Notes: generated from the letters alone by a model not told the origin. Positions 1 through 14,446 are shown, numbered from the stretch's first letter. The stretch: 64,000 nt of DNA from Octopus sinensis (GCF_006345805.1 NC_043000.1:93434001-93498000), one strand, 5' to 3'. Numbers and translations are program-made.

Positions 1-500
1 CTCTAACCATTGAGCCATGTGCCACATTTATATGTGTGTATACATGCAGGCATACATGCACATGCACACATATTCCTTCTAAAAGGAAATGAATGTGCTT
101 GGCGCCTGGCACATTTGCTCTTTGGTTTGTGACTCTTTACTCTCTCTGATCTTGGACCCTGCGTCTAACTTTAAACTTCACCTGGTCTCCTGACCCCCAA
201 AATAAATATTTACTTATACATCCCAGGTGTAATGGTTGCAAACAAAGTAATGGACAGAATCTGCTGTGTCTACTTTTTCTGCGTGTGTCGTTCATTACAG
301 CTTTACAGGGAATCCGGCAGAAATGACGTTTAACCTATTTCCATGAGAGCAGGAACTCTGTGTGACAGGGTGAATAATCATCACATCAAACTCCCACTGT
401 TGTGTGATTCCTAAGGGTTCTATCTGGCCTAAGGAGAGCTGTAACAAACTATAAGAAGCAATTCAAGAATGGGACAAAAAAACATGGGGCTTCCTTTTAC

Positions 501-823
501 AGGGAAGTGCAATAGCCTAGTGGTTAGGGCAGTGGACTCGCGGTCGGAGGGTCGCAGTTTCAATTCCTAGATCAAGTGTTGTGTGTGTTTATTGAGCGAA
601 AACACCTAAAAGCTCCACGAGGCTCCGGCAGGGGGTGGTGACGACCCCTGTTGTACTCTTTCGCCACAACTTTCTCTCACACTCTCTTCCTGTTTCTTAA
701 GTAATGCTGTGATGGACTGGCGTCCCGTCCAGCCGGGGGGAACACATATGCTACAGAAACTGGGAAACCGGTTCCATGAGCCTGGCTAGGCTTGAAAAGG
801 GCGACATTTATCGTATCGTTTTT
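501..823 (+). mobile_element. tRNA-derived SINE, family C
   Basis: tRNA-like head (TAGCCTAGTGGTTAGG...GTTTCAATTCC); body with GATGGACTGGCGTCCCGTCCAG; 10-bp TSD TTCCTTTTAC at 491-500 and 824-833; homologous to 46206-46526 and 55534-55838. Confidence 0.85.
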
Positions 824-1345
824 TTCCTTTTACTACATCTGTTAGATAAACGCTGTGTACAACTCCTAATAATTTCTCAAACATATTTGAACTGGTCTCA
901 AGTTTTTTTATCCTCCCTTACTTCATGAAACTACTCACGATATACATACATATATGCACCCATACATACACACATACATGCATACATCCATACATACATA
1001 CACACATATTTATACTACTGACTAGTCTGTATTACCACGATTGCCTGATAGATGGTTACGTGAAACCTTGAATAATAGTTCATGAAGTTTTTTTCCAGCT
1101 TTAATGAAATAGTAATTTACTCCACATTTGTTATCCGAGTGCTATGTTTTCCATCTTGTTTTTCATCTCAGTGCTTACTTGTGTGAGTGTATGTATGTGC
1201 ATGTGTGTGTATGTGTACAAATGTGTGTGTTATATCAATTGATGACTGGATGTGTATACATATGTCTGTCTTGCACTATACTAAAATAAAGCTGAATATA
1301 TCTGTATATAGAAACAAATTTATAATAATAATAATAATAATAATT

Positions 1346-1376
<31 letters not shown>

Positions 1377-1431
1377 CAACAATAATAATAATAATAATAA
1401 TAATGATAATAATAATAATAATAATAATAAT

Positions 1432-1782
1432 ACAAAAGATGTGGTACCTTAAAGTGAGAACTGTTCCTGTTATTTTGGGTGTCCTAGGTATGATAAAAAA
1501 TGGATGACAGAAACATTTAGATAATATCCCAGAAGAACCATGTCTCAGAGAAATCCAAAAGTTTGTGCTGACAAGTACTGCCCACATCTTTAGAAAAACC
1601 CTATCAATTTAAATATCTGGGCTGTATTACATGAAGATACTTTGCTACTGCCTCCCCCCAATGCCACTTTCCTCCCCAGGCTTTAAGTTGTACTGCAGCA
1701 TCTCATACCCTTCACTCACCCCAGGATGCTGGGTGTGCTTCAGCAAGTGACAGTAACAAACATGCAGATTAAAAGTAAATAA
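1432..1782 (+). mobile_element. 5'-truncated R4/Dong-type non-LTR retrotransposon (endonuclease C-terminus plus 3' UTR)
   Basis: Reads QKMWYLKVRTVPVILGVLGMIK...CLREIQKFVLTSTAHIFRK; closely similar to 2530-2875; flanked by (TAA)n on both sides. Confidence 0.85.
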
Positions 1783-1843
<61 letters not shown>

Positions 1844-1846
<3 letters not shown>

Positions 1847-2875
1847 TCTGAATTAGATGAAGAACCTGAAACCACTGCCACTAGATAAACAAAACGGATC
1901 AAGCAGACTGCAAAAAAGAAATGGCAGAAACAAAGTGAGGAGTGGTGGAGCCAGAAGCCTCTGCATGGGCAGTATATACTTCGAAGTCAAAATGCTGATG
2001 TAGACCAAGCAACAACCCATCAGTGGCTGAGAAGTTCAGGACTGAAAGTGAAGACTGACAGCTTCATATTTACAAGCCAAGATCAAAGCTTGCTTACCAA
2101 AATCTACCAGGCTATCGATCTTTAAAATGGTATTGATCCTAAGTGCAGATTCTGCGACACATTTGATGTAACAATAGACCATCTCATCTCAGGATGTCCT
2201 ATGCTGACACCAAACGAATAAAAAAAATCACCACGATAAGGTAGGACAGTATTTACATTCAAAAATATGTAAACACTACAAAATCAGCACTCCTGCTTAC
2301 TGGTATGAACATCATCCTGAGCTAGTCATTGAAGGTAAAAATATCACTATCCTTTGGGATTTTCCAGTCAACACTGACAGAACGATCCAGGCTAATCGAC
2401 CAGACATAGTTATTAATGACAGGGAAGAAAATACTTGTAGACTAATAGATGTAAGTGTACCCACTGATAAAAATATAATTGTATAGGAATTTGACAAATT
2501 AAGTAAATATAAGGACCTGGAAATTGAAATACAAAATATGTGACATCTTAAAACGAGAACTCGTCCTGTTATTGTGGGTGTTCTAGGTATTGTAAAAAAA
2601 TGCGAGTCAGAAACATCTAGATAAGATCCCTGGAGAACCATGTCACAGAGAAATCCAAAAGATCATGCTGACAAGTATTGCCCACAATCTTAGAAACTCC
2701 CTTTTCATTTAAATGTCTGTGTTGTATTGCATGAAGATATTTTGCTACTTCCCCTGCCTCTTCCCCTCCCCAGGCTTTCAGTTATACTGCAGCATCTCTT
2801 ATCCTTCACTCACCCTTGGATACTGGGTGTGTCTTGGCAAGTGATTGTAACAAACACGCAGATTAAAAGTAAATA
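1844..2875 (+). mobile_element. 5'-truncated R4/Dong-type non-LTR retrotransposon, decayed (CCHC knuckle plus restriction-like endonuclease)
   Basis: Motifs KPLHGQY, WLRSSGLK, CRFC...HLISGC, WYEHHP, ILWDFPVNTDRTIQANRPDIV; stops and frameshifts; (TAA)n at 1783-1843 and 2876-3039. Confidence 0.9.
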
Positions 2876-2880
2876 ATAGC

Positions 2881-2956
<76 letters not shown>

Positions 2957-2983
2957 ATAATAATAATGATAATGATGATGATG

Positions 2984-3039
<56 letters not shown>

Positions 3040-3427
3040 TCTTTAATTCTTTATTTGCAGTGACAATATCATGCAGCTTCCTGTGAAATAGACGTCTCTA
3101 TATGTATATCACCATGTTACCAGTTTTCATGAACAACTATCAGCCATTTATGTGATGATCGCAAAGGCAGAAACACAATTCTAATAGTTCTGATGTCATT
3201 GTATTTTGCAGGCAAATCTACACATAAATGTTATTGTAATGTCTTTTTTTAAAAAATTTTTGTACATCATTCCCCTCTTCAGGGTATTGGCGGTGACTCT
3301 AAGTCTCAATAAAACTATTGTTATATATTTCTTGTGTTAACTGTTTTCAATTTGTATTGCAATTTATTGATTATGATTTTAGGAATGCACAATACATATA
3401 TACATACATACATATGTATGCTCATGC

Positions 3428-3458
<31 letters not shown>

Positions 3459-3810
3459 AGCAGTATGTGCTTTAATTGTTGTTTACAATGCTCTTTAAGG
3501 ATCATCGTGTTGGTTCTTGAACCAGCTTATATCTCAGATATTCTGTGTATTTATAGGACATCCCCTAATTGGTCATCGGCATGACAAGCCTGTTACCCGT
3601 GAACCTGTGAAGTATATTGTATCTATTAACTCAATATGTCTACAATGTGATTTTAACCAAACAAGAAACTGCTAATTTCTTTAAAGACTAGTATTTATTT
3701 TATCAGCCTCTTTCACTGAACCATTAACTTTCAAGGATGAAAACAAACCATCATCGTTTGTCGAATAGTGGTTGGGGACAAATTGATCAAGAAGACACAC
3801 ACACACACAT

Positions 3811-3853
<43 letters not shown>

Positions 3854-4168
3854 ACATATATTTTAGTTTCCCTCTACCAAACTCTCTCACAGGCTTTGGT
3901 TGCCTCAAGGCTAAAGTAGAAGACACTTGCCCAAGGTGCTGCAGAGTGGGACTGAGTCCAAATTGGACGGAAACAATTTTCTTAACCACACAGCCACACC
4001 TTATATGTTTGTATATTTCAGAAGTCTCATGGAAAGAGACCATTTTGGGAATACAACAAAAAAGTACCACCTGACTTTATTCTCCAAAATTACACACTTT
4101 CATCTCATCTAAATGCCATGTGTATAATCTCTTTCTCTCTCTCTCTCTTTCTCTCTCGCTCTCGCTCT

Positions 4169-4205
<37 letters not shown>

Positions 4206-4948
4206 CTTCTCTCTCCCTCTCCCCCTCTCTTTCTCTCCCACTCTCTCTCTCTCTCTCTTTCTCTCTCCACTCACACACACATACATGTATGTATGCGGTG
4301 GGCTTCATTCAGTTTCTGTCTGCTAAATCCAAATCCACTCACAAGGTCTTCGGGTCAAGCCAGAGTTATGAGTAGAAAGCGCTTGTCCAAGGTGCCACAC
4401 AGTGGACAATGAACAAACAAACAAACTAATAAATAAGTAAATAAATAAATAAATAAATAAATATATAAATAAATAAATACATGAAAGGAGGAAGCATAGG
4501 AACAGGCGGAGATATGCATTGTTAGTGACCTGAATTAGATGTCTAGTCTTTGAAAAGGACAAATGATATAATAAGAGAATCAAAATTATTTTCATCTTAG
4601 ATTTATATCATTATTTCATGCTTCTTGCTTTCTTTTGTTACCTTTCATTTTTATTTGCTTAAATGTGTTATTTCTGTATTATTTTGTATTTTATTTTATT
4701 TTTATTTTATTTTATTTTAGTTTGTTTTATTTTTCTCCTCTGTTCCTGTTCGTTTCTTTATTTACTCCATACTGATGATCTTGATATAATGCCGTTATTA
4801 TCATTCTTTCTAATTTCTGGCACAAGGCTAGAAGTTTTTGTTTTTTTTTGCGGTGGGGAATAGTTTAGTCAATTATATTGACGCTAATGATAAGCTAGAG
4901 CTTATTTTAATCTAGGCGGAAAGGATGAATGGCAAAGTTGACCTCGGT

Positions 4949-5245
4949 ATGATTTGAGTTCAGAACAAAATACCGCTCAGAACATGATTTAAGCTCAGAA
5001 CAAAATGCCACTCAAAATATGATCTGAGCTCAGAACAAAATGGTGCTCAGCACATGATTTGAGCTCAGAACAAACATGATTTGAGATCAGAACAAAACGC
5101 TGCTCAGAATATGATTTGAGCTCAGAACAAAATGCTGCACAGCACATGATTTTGAACTCAGAACAAAATACTGCTCAGAACTTGATTTAAGTTCAGAACA
5201 AAATGCTGCTCAGAACTTGATTTGAGCTCAGAACAAGAATGCCAC
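4949..5245. repeat. 35-bp minisatellite (~8.5 units) inside a minus-strand family B SINE
   Basis: Consensus ATGATTTGAGCTCAGAACAAAATGCTGCTCAGAAC repeated in tandem, one unit shortened. Confidence 0.9.
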
Positions 5246-5589
5246 TTTTCAATTCGCTCGACGTGCTAAAGAATGTACCAGTTCCCTGCTCTTCTTTTAA
5301 ATTTTGGTACAAGGCCATCCATTTTGAGTAGGGGGTGCAAGTCGATTACATCGACTTCAATACTCAACTAGGAGATTATTTCATCAATCTCAAAAGGATG
5401 GAAAGTAAATTCAGCCTCAACGGGATTTCAGATGTGTTGTAAAGAGCTGGAGGTAATGCAGATTACGATTCTGCCAGCTTGCTGTCAACACTTCTGTACT
5501 ATTCCCAATATTTTCATGAACCCTTCGTGATTAATAAAAAAGTTATTATTATTATGATTATTATTATTATTGTTGTTGTTGTTGTTATT

Positions 5590-5793
5590 ATGGTGAGCTG
5601 GCAGAATCGTTAGCACACTGGAAGAAATGCTTAGCAGTATTTCGTCTGTCACCACATTCTGAGTTCAAATTCCTCAGAGGTCGACTTTGCCTTCCATTCT
5701 TTTGGGGTCGATAGAATTAAGTACCACTGGGGTCGATATAATTGACTAGCCCCTTCCCCCAAATTTCAGGCCTTGTGCCTATAGTAGAAAGGA
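5590..5793 (+). mobile_element. tRNA-derived SINE, family B
   Basis: GGTGAGCTGGCAGAATCGTTAGC...GAGTTCAAAT...GGGGTCGATA. Other copies at ~4810-5290(-), 5300-5485(-), 7834-8026, 8068-8282, 9830-9995, 22800-23165(-, three in tandem), 33254-33462, 33968-34180, 34207-34365, 42412-42625. Confidence 0.85.
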
Positions 5794-5817
5794 TTATTAT
5801 TATTATTATTATTATTA

Positions 5818-5848
<31 letters not shown>

Positions 5849-5889
5849 ATATCATCATTATTATTATTATCATCATCATTATTATCGAT

Positions 5890-7775
5890 ATTTTCGTATA
5901 CACTCAACAGATTAGTCTGTTGGAAAAGAAAAGAATCGTACCATCGGGCTACAACAAGTAGCCTTAGAAGCCAAGAACCCTCCTATTGGGTTACAGCAAA
6001 TAACCTTAGATGCAAAAACCCTCCTAAGTATCCTAGCTTCCCCTAATAACACTGTTTTCTGGACCTGTACTAAACTGGGTGTGCCTATTTCCTCTATCCG
6101 TCTGTTCAGATCTTTAGGGATAGTTTCCAATGCACCTACAACTACTAGCATACATTTTACCCGCACTTCTCATAATCTCTATAATTCAATATCTAGGTCC
6201 TGGTACTTTGCTATTTTTTCTATACTGCTCTTATTAATTTTTTCATCATTTGAGACTGTAAAGTGAATTATCTGGCACTTTCTATTCTCTTTATCTACTA
6301 CTACTAAATCAGGCCTTCTAGCTTCTATTACTTTGTCACTCTGAATGTTAAAATACCACATCTTGTATTTCTTACTTTCTAGTACTTTACTAGGTTCATG
6401 TTTATACCATTCATCAGTATGTTCAAATCCTAGCTTTCTACATAGTTCCCAGTGGATTACTCTCCTTAGATTGTCATGTCTTTCCTTGTATTCTTTCTGC
6501 ACCAGCATACTTCATTCACTTGCTATATGAGTAACGTTTTCCTCTTTTGATTTGCATAATCTACATTGGGAATCTACTTGGATTTTATCTATCTTGGCTT
6601 TTATCCAATTAGTCCTTAATGCTTAGTCATGTGCAGCTACTAACAAACTTTCTGTCTCCCACTTTAGCTTTCCTTTCTGCAAACAATAACCATGTCTCAC
6701 TACTACTGTTTGCTGCAACTATCTTTGGGAATCTACCATGCAATGCATTTTCCAGCCTGTCAGATTATTTCTATTGTTCTTTTCTTTTCTGGTTTTTAAC
6801 TTCGTTTGGGTTTTTGGTTTCCTTATATCTTGCTGTGACTCTAGCACCTTTTAATAATCTTTCTTCCCTACTACCTCCATGGGAATCTATAACTACTCTA
6901 ACTAACACCACGCCATCTTCTACTGATATTAACCCTCTTCCACCTTCCTTTCTAGGTAGGTATAATCTTGCTACTCCTGCCCTTGGGTTGACTACTCCAT
7001 TTATACTGAATTCCTCCCTAGTTCCTCTGTCTAGCTTTGCTAATTGAGTTTTTGTCCAATCTACAAAAACTGCTGAGCATCTCAGTAATGATACTGCCCA
7101 AGGATTTACAGCCTTCACTAGATTCAGACCATTTAGCTTTGACTTCATCAGCTTCCTCATCCTTCTGATATACTCCTCAATTTTCGTTTTCATTTCTTGC
7201 AATTAGTACTCTGTCAGATTCTAATACTCCTAGATACTTATAACTCTCCTCCTTTCAATGATTTTACTGTCTGGCCATCCAGTAATCTGGTAATTGGATG
7301 CTTTCGCTGCTGACTGTCCCCTTGTCATGACTAATATTGCACACTTATCTATATCTTTGCTGAAGAGTCTTACAATCTGTATTAAAGAATCTATCTCTTT
7401 AAAGCTTCAGATCATCCATGTAAAGCAAATGGTTAATTTTCCCCTTACCGTTTCTGAACTGATACCCTGCCTTTGCCTTCATTAATACAAAAATGAGGAG
7501 GATCAAACATAAGACAAATATTAAGGGGGACAAGTACCCACTGGAAAATTTCTCTTTTGATATTAACTTACCCTAAGAGTGTGTCACCTGAGTAGGGTTC
7601 TACTTTCCATCTCTTCATGCTACAGGTAATTAATTCCCTTATGTTGTCTGCTATACTGAATATGCTCAAGCATTCACTTATTCATGGGTGTGGGATCATG
7701 TGATAGGCTTTCTTATAATCTACCCACCATACTATTGTTAGATTTTTGTTTTTAGCTTTAACTTCATTATCATTC
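5890..7775 (-). mobile_element. R4/Dong-type non-LTR retrotransposon, 5'-truncated, decayed RT plus endonuclease
   Basis: RT motifs WVDYKKAY and NHLLYMDDLKL (~7401-7434); RLYLPRKEGGRGL; HDNLRRVIHWELC; IEARRPDLVVVDK; flanked by (TTA)n on both sides. Confidence 0.92.
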
Positions 7776-10180
7776 TCATTATTATTATTATTATTATTAT
7801 TATCATCATCATTATTATTGTTATTATTATTAAAGGCAGTGAGCTGGCAGAATCATTAGCAAGCCGGGCAAAATGCATAGTGGCATTTCGTATGTCTTTA
7901 TGTTCGGAGTTCAAATTCCACCAATGTCAACATCACCTTTCATCCTTTTGGGGTTGATAAATTAAATACCAGTGAAACTCTTCTCTTCACCCAAATTTCA
8001 GGTCTTGTACCTTTAGTAGAAAGGATGATTATTACTATTATTATTAGTCGACATTACTTATTTTTATGGCGGCGAGTTTGCAGAATCATTAGCAAGCTGG
8101 ATGAAATGCTAAATGGTATTTCATCTGCTACTTCATTTTGAGTTCAAATTCCACCGAGGTCGACTTTGCTTTTCATCCTTTTGGGGTCGATAAATCAAGT
8201 ATCAGTCAAGTATTGTGGTTGATGTGATCGATTGTCCCCCTCCCTACAAAAATCTAGACCTTCTGCCTATAGAAGAAAGGATTATTATTATTATTGTTGT
8301 TGTTATTGCTATTGTTGTCATTGTTGATATTGTTACTGTTTTTGTCATCATCATCATCATCATCATCATCATAAACTACCTGTAATTCAAAGGCCCAAGC
8401 TCTTGTCTCAACGTGCCATACTGATTTGGTTGGATAATTACATTAATTCTTTTACTAGAAATAGCCTCAAGGTCAAGAACAATTATATTAAAACCGTCGT
8501 TAGTGTCATAAAAGTTAATCTTCAGGAAAAATTGTTTAGTTACACACCAGCAATCACATGGAACTGCATGCGCGTAAAGTTATATCATCTTATAGATAAA
8601 TGCTTAATGACAACTTTTAGTTATAGAAGCAAACACACATTCTTACTGGACGGGGCAGGCAGAGAAAACCTGTAATGGTATGAATGAAAACAGATTTGAA
8701 AAAAAAAACTCCATGAAGCCTATGTTCAGATTCAGCGATAAGTAAAGGAGGCACATAAGTACCTTTTTCTAATATGTACAGCATTATATATATATTTCCT
8801 TCCTAAAGACAACACGTGATTATACCTGTCTCCTCTCATAAGCTCGTCCTCCTAGTATTCATATAATTTTTCTATCGTCTTGGCTTAACAGCGCTCACCA
8901 TTTGTTTTTACTGTCTTGTCCTTGTTACCACTTTCAACCTCTGCAAAAAATGCCAAATTTTATTTAATTTGTTTTGCGGGAAGGACTGTTTCAATGGAGT
9001 CGTATATTGTCCTTGCTGTTTTTTTATTCGTTGTTCGAAAAAAAGTTCGTTTTCTATGTTTTTGTTTTTTATATATATTGGCCTGTTCGCTTAGCCAGCG
9101 GGGTGGTGTCATTTGAAGGATAAAACAATGCGAAGCGCATTGTGACCAGCGATGTGTAGCAACATCTGATAGCCTGGTTTCATAGTTGATTCAAGAAGTC
9201 ATTCAGTTATGAACTAATGTCCACAATGTATGATCAAGAAATACTACATCAAGGCAGACAATATCAATTCAAATTCAACAATATCAAAATGCTCTGGCTA
9301 TCATAATGTTGCACGATGGGTATTAGTGCTCTTATCTGTGTGATGACAGTTGGTGAAGCTGTTAGCAAAGCTGATTTTTTTATGAACATTGCTCAGTGCA
9401 TAGACACCCAATATTTGGGTACCGGATTGCCGTGCCTTGTGTCTATTGTGAAGTTTTGGAGAGCATTTCAGCCTTTAGAGGAGGTACATGAAGTTTCATG
9501 TACTGGCTGAATATAATCTGTGACCAAGAGATTGAATTGTGGGCGAAATAATAGAGTAAAGAAAGTGACAGAAAGGACGAAAATGGATGATAGTACATGC
9601 TGAAATTTCTAAAAACCCAGGTTGTAAAGATGTATGGCTGAGTAGTTAGGGCATCAGACTCACAATCATGAGGTAGTGAGTTCGATTCTTGGAGTTCGAT
9701 GTGTGTTGTGTTCTGAGCAAACACTTTATTTCACTTTGCTCCTGTTCACTCAGCTGTAGAAATGAGTTACAATGTCAGTGGTGCCAAGCTGTGTCGGTCT
9801 TTGCCTTTTGTCTTTTGCCTTTTGCCATTATGTTCTGAGTTCAAATTCCGCCGAGGTCGACTTTGCCTTTCACCCTTTTGGGGTCGATAAATTAAGTACC
9901 AGTTACACACAGGGGTCGATGTAATCGACTTAATCCCTTTGTCTGTCCTTGTTTGTCCCCTCTATGTTTAGCCCCTTGTGGGCAATAAAGAAATAATATA
10001 GTTTTGTTCTTTTGAAACAACCATCAAGATTTGTATTTTGGGCTCCATATAAATATGTCTCAAGCCTAACTGTGTTTATCTGCCTTCTACTTCACTCTCT
10101 CTCTTGCTTCCTCTCTCTTTCTCTTCTCTCTCTCTCTCTCTTCTATATATATATATATATATGTGTGTATATATATATAT

Positions 10181-10918
10181 AAAAAATACAAAAATGAAAC
10201 AAGAACGCAAAACATCCATGCTGTTAGGTGATACAAAAACGGGACAACAAAACATCCAGATAGATGATACAAAGAAAACAAAGAAGGGTCATTCAGGGTT
10301 TTCTTTTCTCAGTTGAGTTCCAGATTATCTTTGCAATGTATACGAAAACAAGGATGGAAAAAACGGAGAAATGTTACACAAATACAAATGCACATAACAG
10401 GACATAACAACAGGTGTCTTTCGTCTATCCCTCTGCCTCTACCTCTCTCTCTTCTCTCCCCACGGGACTGGTATTCAGCCAAGCTCGACCTTTCTTTCTT
10501 GGTTCGACTACCATCTGTGCAACATCTATATTCCTCCCTGTGCCTGTCAAATCTCATGTCCTTGCCGTAAGGCTTCACTTCCACACACACCAGCTTAATT
10601 TAATTCGTCCTTAGTCGAAAGACTCCTGTTGTTATGTCCTGTTATTTGCATTTGTATTTGTGTAACATTTCTCCTTTTTTTCTGTCCTTGTTTTTGCATA
10701 CATACACTGCTTTCTTCCAATGAATCTAATGCTCTTAGCTTAGTTTTTCCTTGGGGCTGGTCAGATTGGAGCAATCTCAAGTAGAACTAGCCGAAATTGT
10801 AAAGATAATCTGGAACTTGAATGGGGATAGAAAACTCTGAATGACCTGTCCTTGTTTTCTTTGTATCGTCTGTCTGAATGTTTTGTGTTCTGCTCCCTTT
10901 TTTGTATTTTTCATATAT
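10181..10918. mobile_element. Non-coding fold-back element (inverted pLTR-like) between TA/CT microsatellites
   Basis: 10181-10336 is the diverged reverse complement of ~10796-10918, and 10337-10425 of ~10612-10700; related end sequence at ~63435-63575. Confidence 0.7.
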
Positions 10919-10947
10919 GAAAATATAGTGGGGTACGTACACTTTGA

Positions 10948-10978
<31 letters not shown>

Positions 10979-11134
10979 GTCAAATTAAATACACAACCGA
11001 AAGAGTGATTAATAGTTTTATGCTATTATGATACTTGATCAGGCATTTTTATAAGATGCACCATGTATCTTAAAGCAATCTTCAATTTTTCAGGCTCTGT
11101 TTATGCATTATACATATATATATATATATATCAA

Positions 11135-11402
11135 TCATCATCATCATCATCTACTGTTTTAAATCTGGGTTTTGTCTCTGTTAACGGATGTGGCCGGATC
11201 TACCTCAATAGCATAGTAACTGCTCTCGCACAATCTCGCCTTCTTGCCTGGTTTTGGGCATCTTCCTTTTTCAAATCAACCCTCTCAATCTCTTCCTCCA
11301 TCTATCTCCACGTTTATCTCAATCTACCTCACTTTTGTGTTCCATTCACTTCAAATACGATCACCCTCCTCAGAACATGCTCTTCGTCCCTCCTCAAGAC
11401 AT
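11135..11402 (-). mobile_element. RTE-clade LINE 3' fragment
   Basis: Minus strand reads HVLRRDEEHVLRRVIVFEVNG..GR...W, followed by a (GAT)n tail. Confidence 0.65.
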
Positions 11403-11749
11403 GGAGTGAAGTGGTATATACATATATATATATATACCTCCTCAAGACATGGAGTGAAGTGGTATATACATACATACATATATATATATATATTATATAT
11501 ATATATATATATATATTTGTGCAGGTGCCACGTTAAAAGCAGCCAGCACACACTGTTAAGTGGTTGGCATTAGGAAAACTATCCAGCCATAAAAATGAAG
11601 CCTAATCAGAATGGAACCTGGTACAGCTCTCCAGCTTGCCAGCTCTGGTCAAACCATCCAACCCATGCAAGCTTGGAAAACAGACATTATAGAATGATGA
11701 TGATGATGATATACATAAATACATATATATTTATACACAGAGGTGTGCG

Positions 11750-11795
<46 letters not shown>

Positions 11796-12524
11796 TATGT
11801 ATGTATTTTATACATGCATGAACAGGTGTGTGTGTATAGACATGCATGCATGCATACATACATACATACATACATACTTCTGCATTTTTTTTAGCACTTG
11901 TGCATGTGTAGGGAGATACATATCAAGATAAGAACATATGAATCTCTGGAACATATGTCTGTCCAAAAAAAAAATTCAACACTCAGCAAGTTTATTCGTA
12001 TATGAATTATTATTATTATTATCATTAGTTTTTCAATCTATTAACTGGGGCCAATCTAGAACGTCGATCTGTTAAAAATTCCATATGACTAAAAACAACA
12101 ACAACATGCCATCTTTGAAGACCACAGAACTTTACCAAAGCTGTCTCATTTGAATATCAGATGTCATCAATAGAATACAGAAAAAAAAAAACATGCACAA
12201 TAAAAAAAAGTGTAGAAAAGTAAAACTAATATAGGAATTGATAATAAATATGAAAATATATATTGAAATATATTTCTAAATTTGATTTAATTTCTAGATT
12301 CTCCTCACACCACAACCCACTGTATATCATTTTATTGATTTTAATTGTAATGTCTGCTGTGGTAATATTGATATGGTATTATAATTTATTGATGTGTCTC
12401 TGGATGTGATTTTCGAGTTGGTTTTTGGCCTTCATGTTTTCTTTCTTTTTAACAAGAATTTCTTCGTTTGAAATCATCTCGGAGTTTTTTTTTCTTTTAC
12501 TGACATCATTGAAATCAGTACGAG

Positions 12525-12532
12525 AATGGTGG

Positions 12533-12569
<37 letters not shown>

Positions 12570-12772
12570 AACGATGACCATGATCATGATGTTTGTGTCT
12601 GCAAAGAATTTTTTTCTTTCCAATCATCTTTGTCATCATCTTCTCCATCATTGCTTTGTCCTTCATCCGTTTGTTTTTCCTTGCTGTGTCTCTTAATCTT
12701 GTCATTCTTCATCATCAATTTCTCCTCCTCCTCCTCCTAATCTGCCATTGTATATACAATTTTTGTGGCCTG

Positions 12773-12815
<43 letters not shown>

Positions 12816-13144
12816 TCATCATCATCATCATCATCATCATCATTGCCGTCATTTTTATCATTATCATTGTCCCTGTTATCCTCATTGTCGTTATCGTCCT
12901 CGTCATCATCATCACCATCATCATCATCCTCATCATCATCATCATCATCGTCATCATCGTTATCGTTGTTGTACTTCTCCTTTTCCTCCTCATCAAAGTT
13001 GTCATCGTTTTCATTGCCTTTGTCTTCATCATCAACTTATCTCACCTCACTATCCCTTCTCTTAACACCATCACCACCGCATTCCTTCCTCCTTCCTTTC
13101 GTTTTTTTTCCTTTCTTCTTCCTCCTTGTCGCCATTATCATGAC

Positions 13145-13183
<39 letters not shown>

Positions 13184-13195
13184 TATCATCACCAA
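12525..13195. repeat. Degenerate (GAT)n/(CAT)n low-complexity tract
   Basis: Direct inspection; explains the poly-His/Ile/Ser ORFs. Confidence 0.9.
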
Positions 13196-13478
13196 CTATT
13201 TGCCTTCATCAACCCTTGCTGTCATTCTTATCTCGCTGATTAAAGTCGCTGATCTACAATGTAGTGAGCTTATCGCCTGTTAATATCAACCACAGAAGCC
13301 AAGCTGAGAAATAATTATACGGCCTTCTTGCGTGCCATGCCGCTAAACAAGTGATGGCCTCTCAGCGATAACAATAATGATAATTATTCATTTATTCAAT
13401 GCCTAAATAGGAGATTCTGATATTTTCCGAAACTGGTAATGAAAAGTGAACAGATCTAAAACAATCCATGTTACATGT

Positions 13479-13533
<55 letters not shown>

Positions 13534-13947
13534 TGTGTGTGTGTGTGTGTGCGTGTGTGTGTGTGAGTGAGTGAGAGAGTGTGTGGGGGTGTATTGGGGT
13601 GTATGTGTATCTATGTACGAGAGTGTGTGTTTATACACATACATATACATACACACATGCATATATTTGTATATATACATGCATATAAGAATGTATGTAT
13701 ATCTATGACTATCTATCTTATATCCTTCTCCTCTCTCCCTTTCTCTCTCACTCTCTCTCCACACATGCACACACATATACATACATACATACATATGTAC
13801 ATACATACATACATGAATACATGCACTCACACACACACACATAAAGATATATATATATATATACACACACACATATGTGTAATATATATATACATGTATG
13901 TGTGTGCATATATACATGTATATATATAAAAAATATATATATATATT

Positions 13948-13978
<31 letters not shown>

Positions 13979-14353
13979 TCACACACACACACACTCACAC
14001 ACATGTATGTAACACTTACATACATATATATATATATGTGAATGTCAGGGTGTGTGTGAGTGTACAATGTGTGCATCTGTGTCTATATGTAAATATATGA
14101 GAATACGTATCATAGAATAATGAAATTAAAGGCAAACACACATTGTGATTAGCAGCAAATTTATTCTGAATTTCTTGGTTTTTCGTTTTTTTCTTCTTCA
14201 GAAAGTTATCTTTTAATTTATATCTACTGATTCGGCATTGTGTCAAAGGTCATGCTGGGTTTTGTCAAATTAATCAAATCATATGGAATAATAATATTTC
14301 AGAATAGGAAGGAATAAATTCCAACTACAACAATATACATATACATATATATA

Positions 14354-14404
<51 letters not shown>

Positions 14405-14446
14405 TATATATATATTTATATATATTTATAGGTATATATGTATATA

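Noticed and set aside
1022-1312. Old minus-strand Helitron (CTAG at 1022, TC-like end near 1311)
   Set aside because: Subterminal hairpin not recognisable; evidence too thin
4949-5245. CRISPR-like periodicity
   Set aside because: Contiguous tandem units with no unique spacers, no cas genes, eukaryotic context
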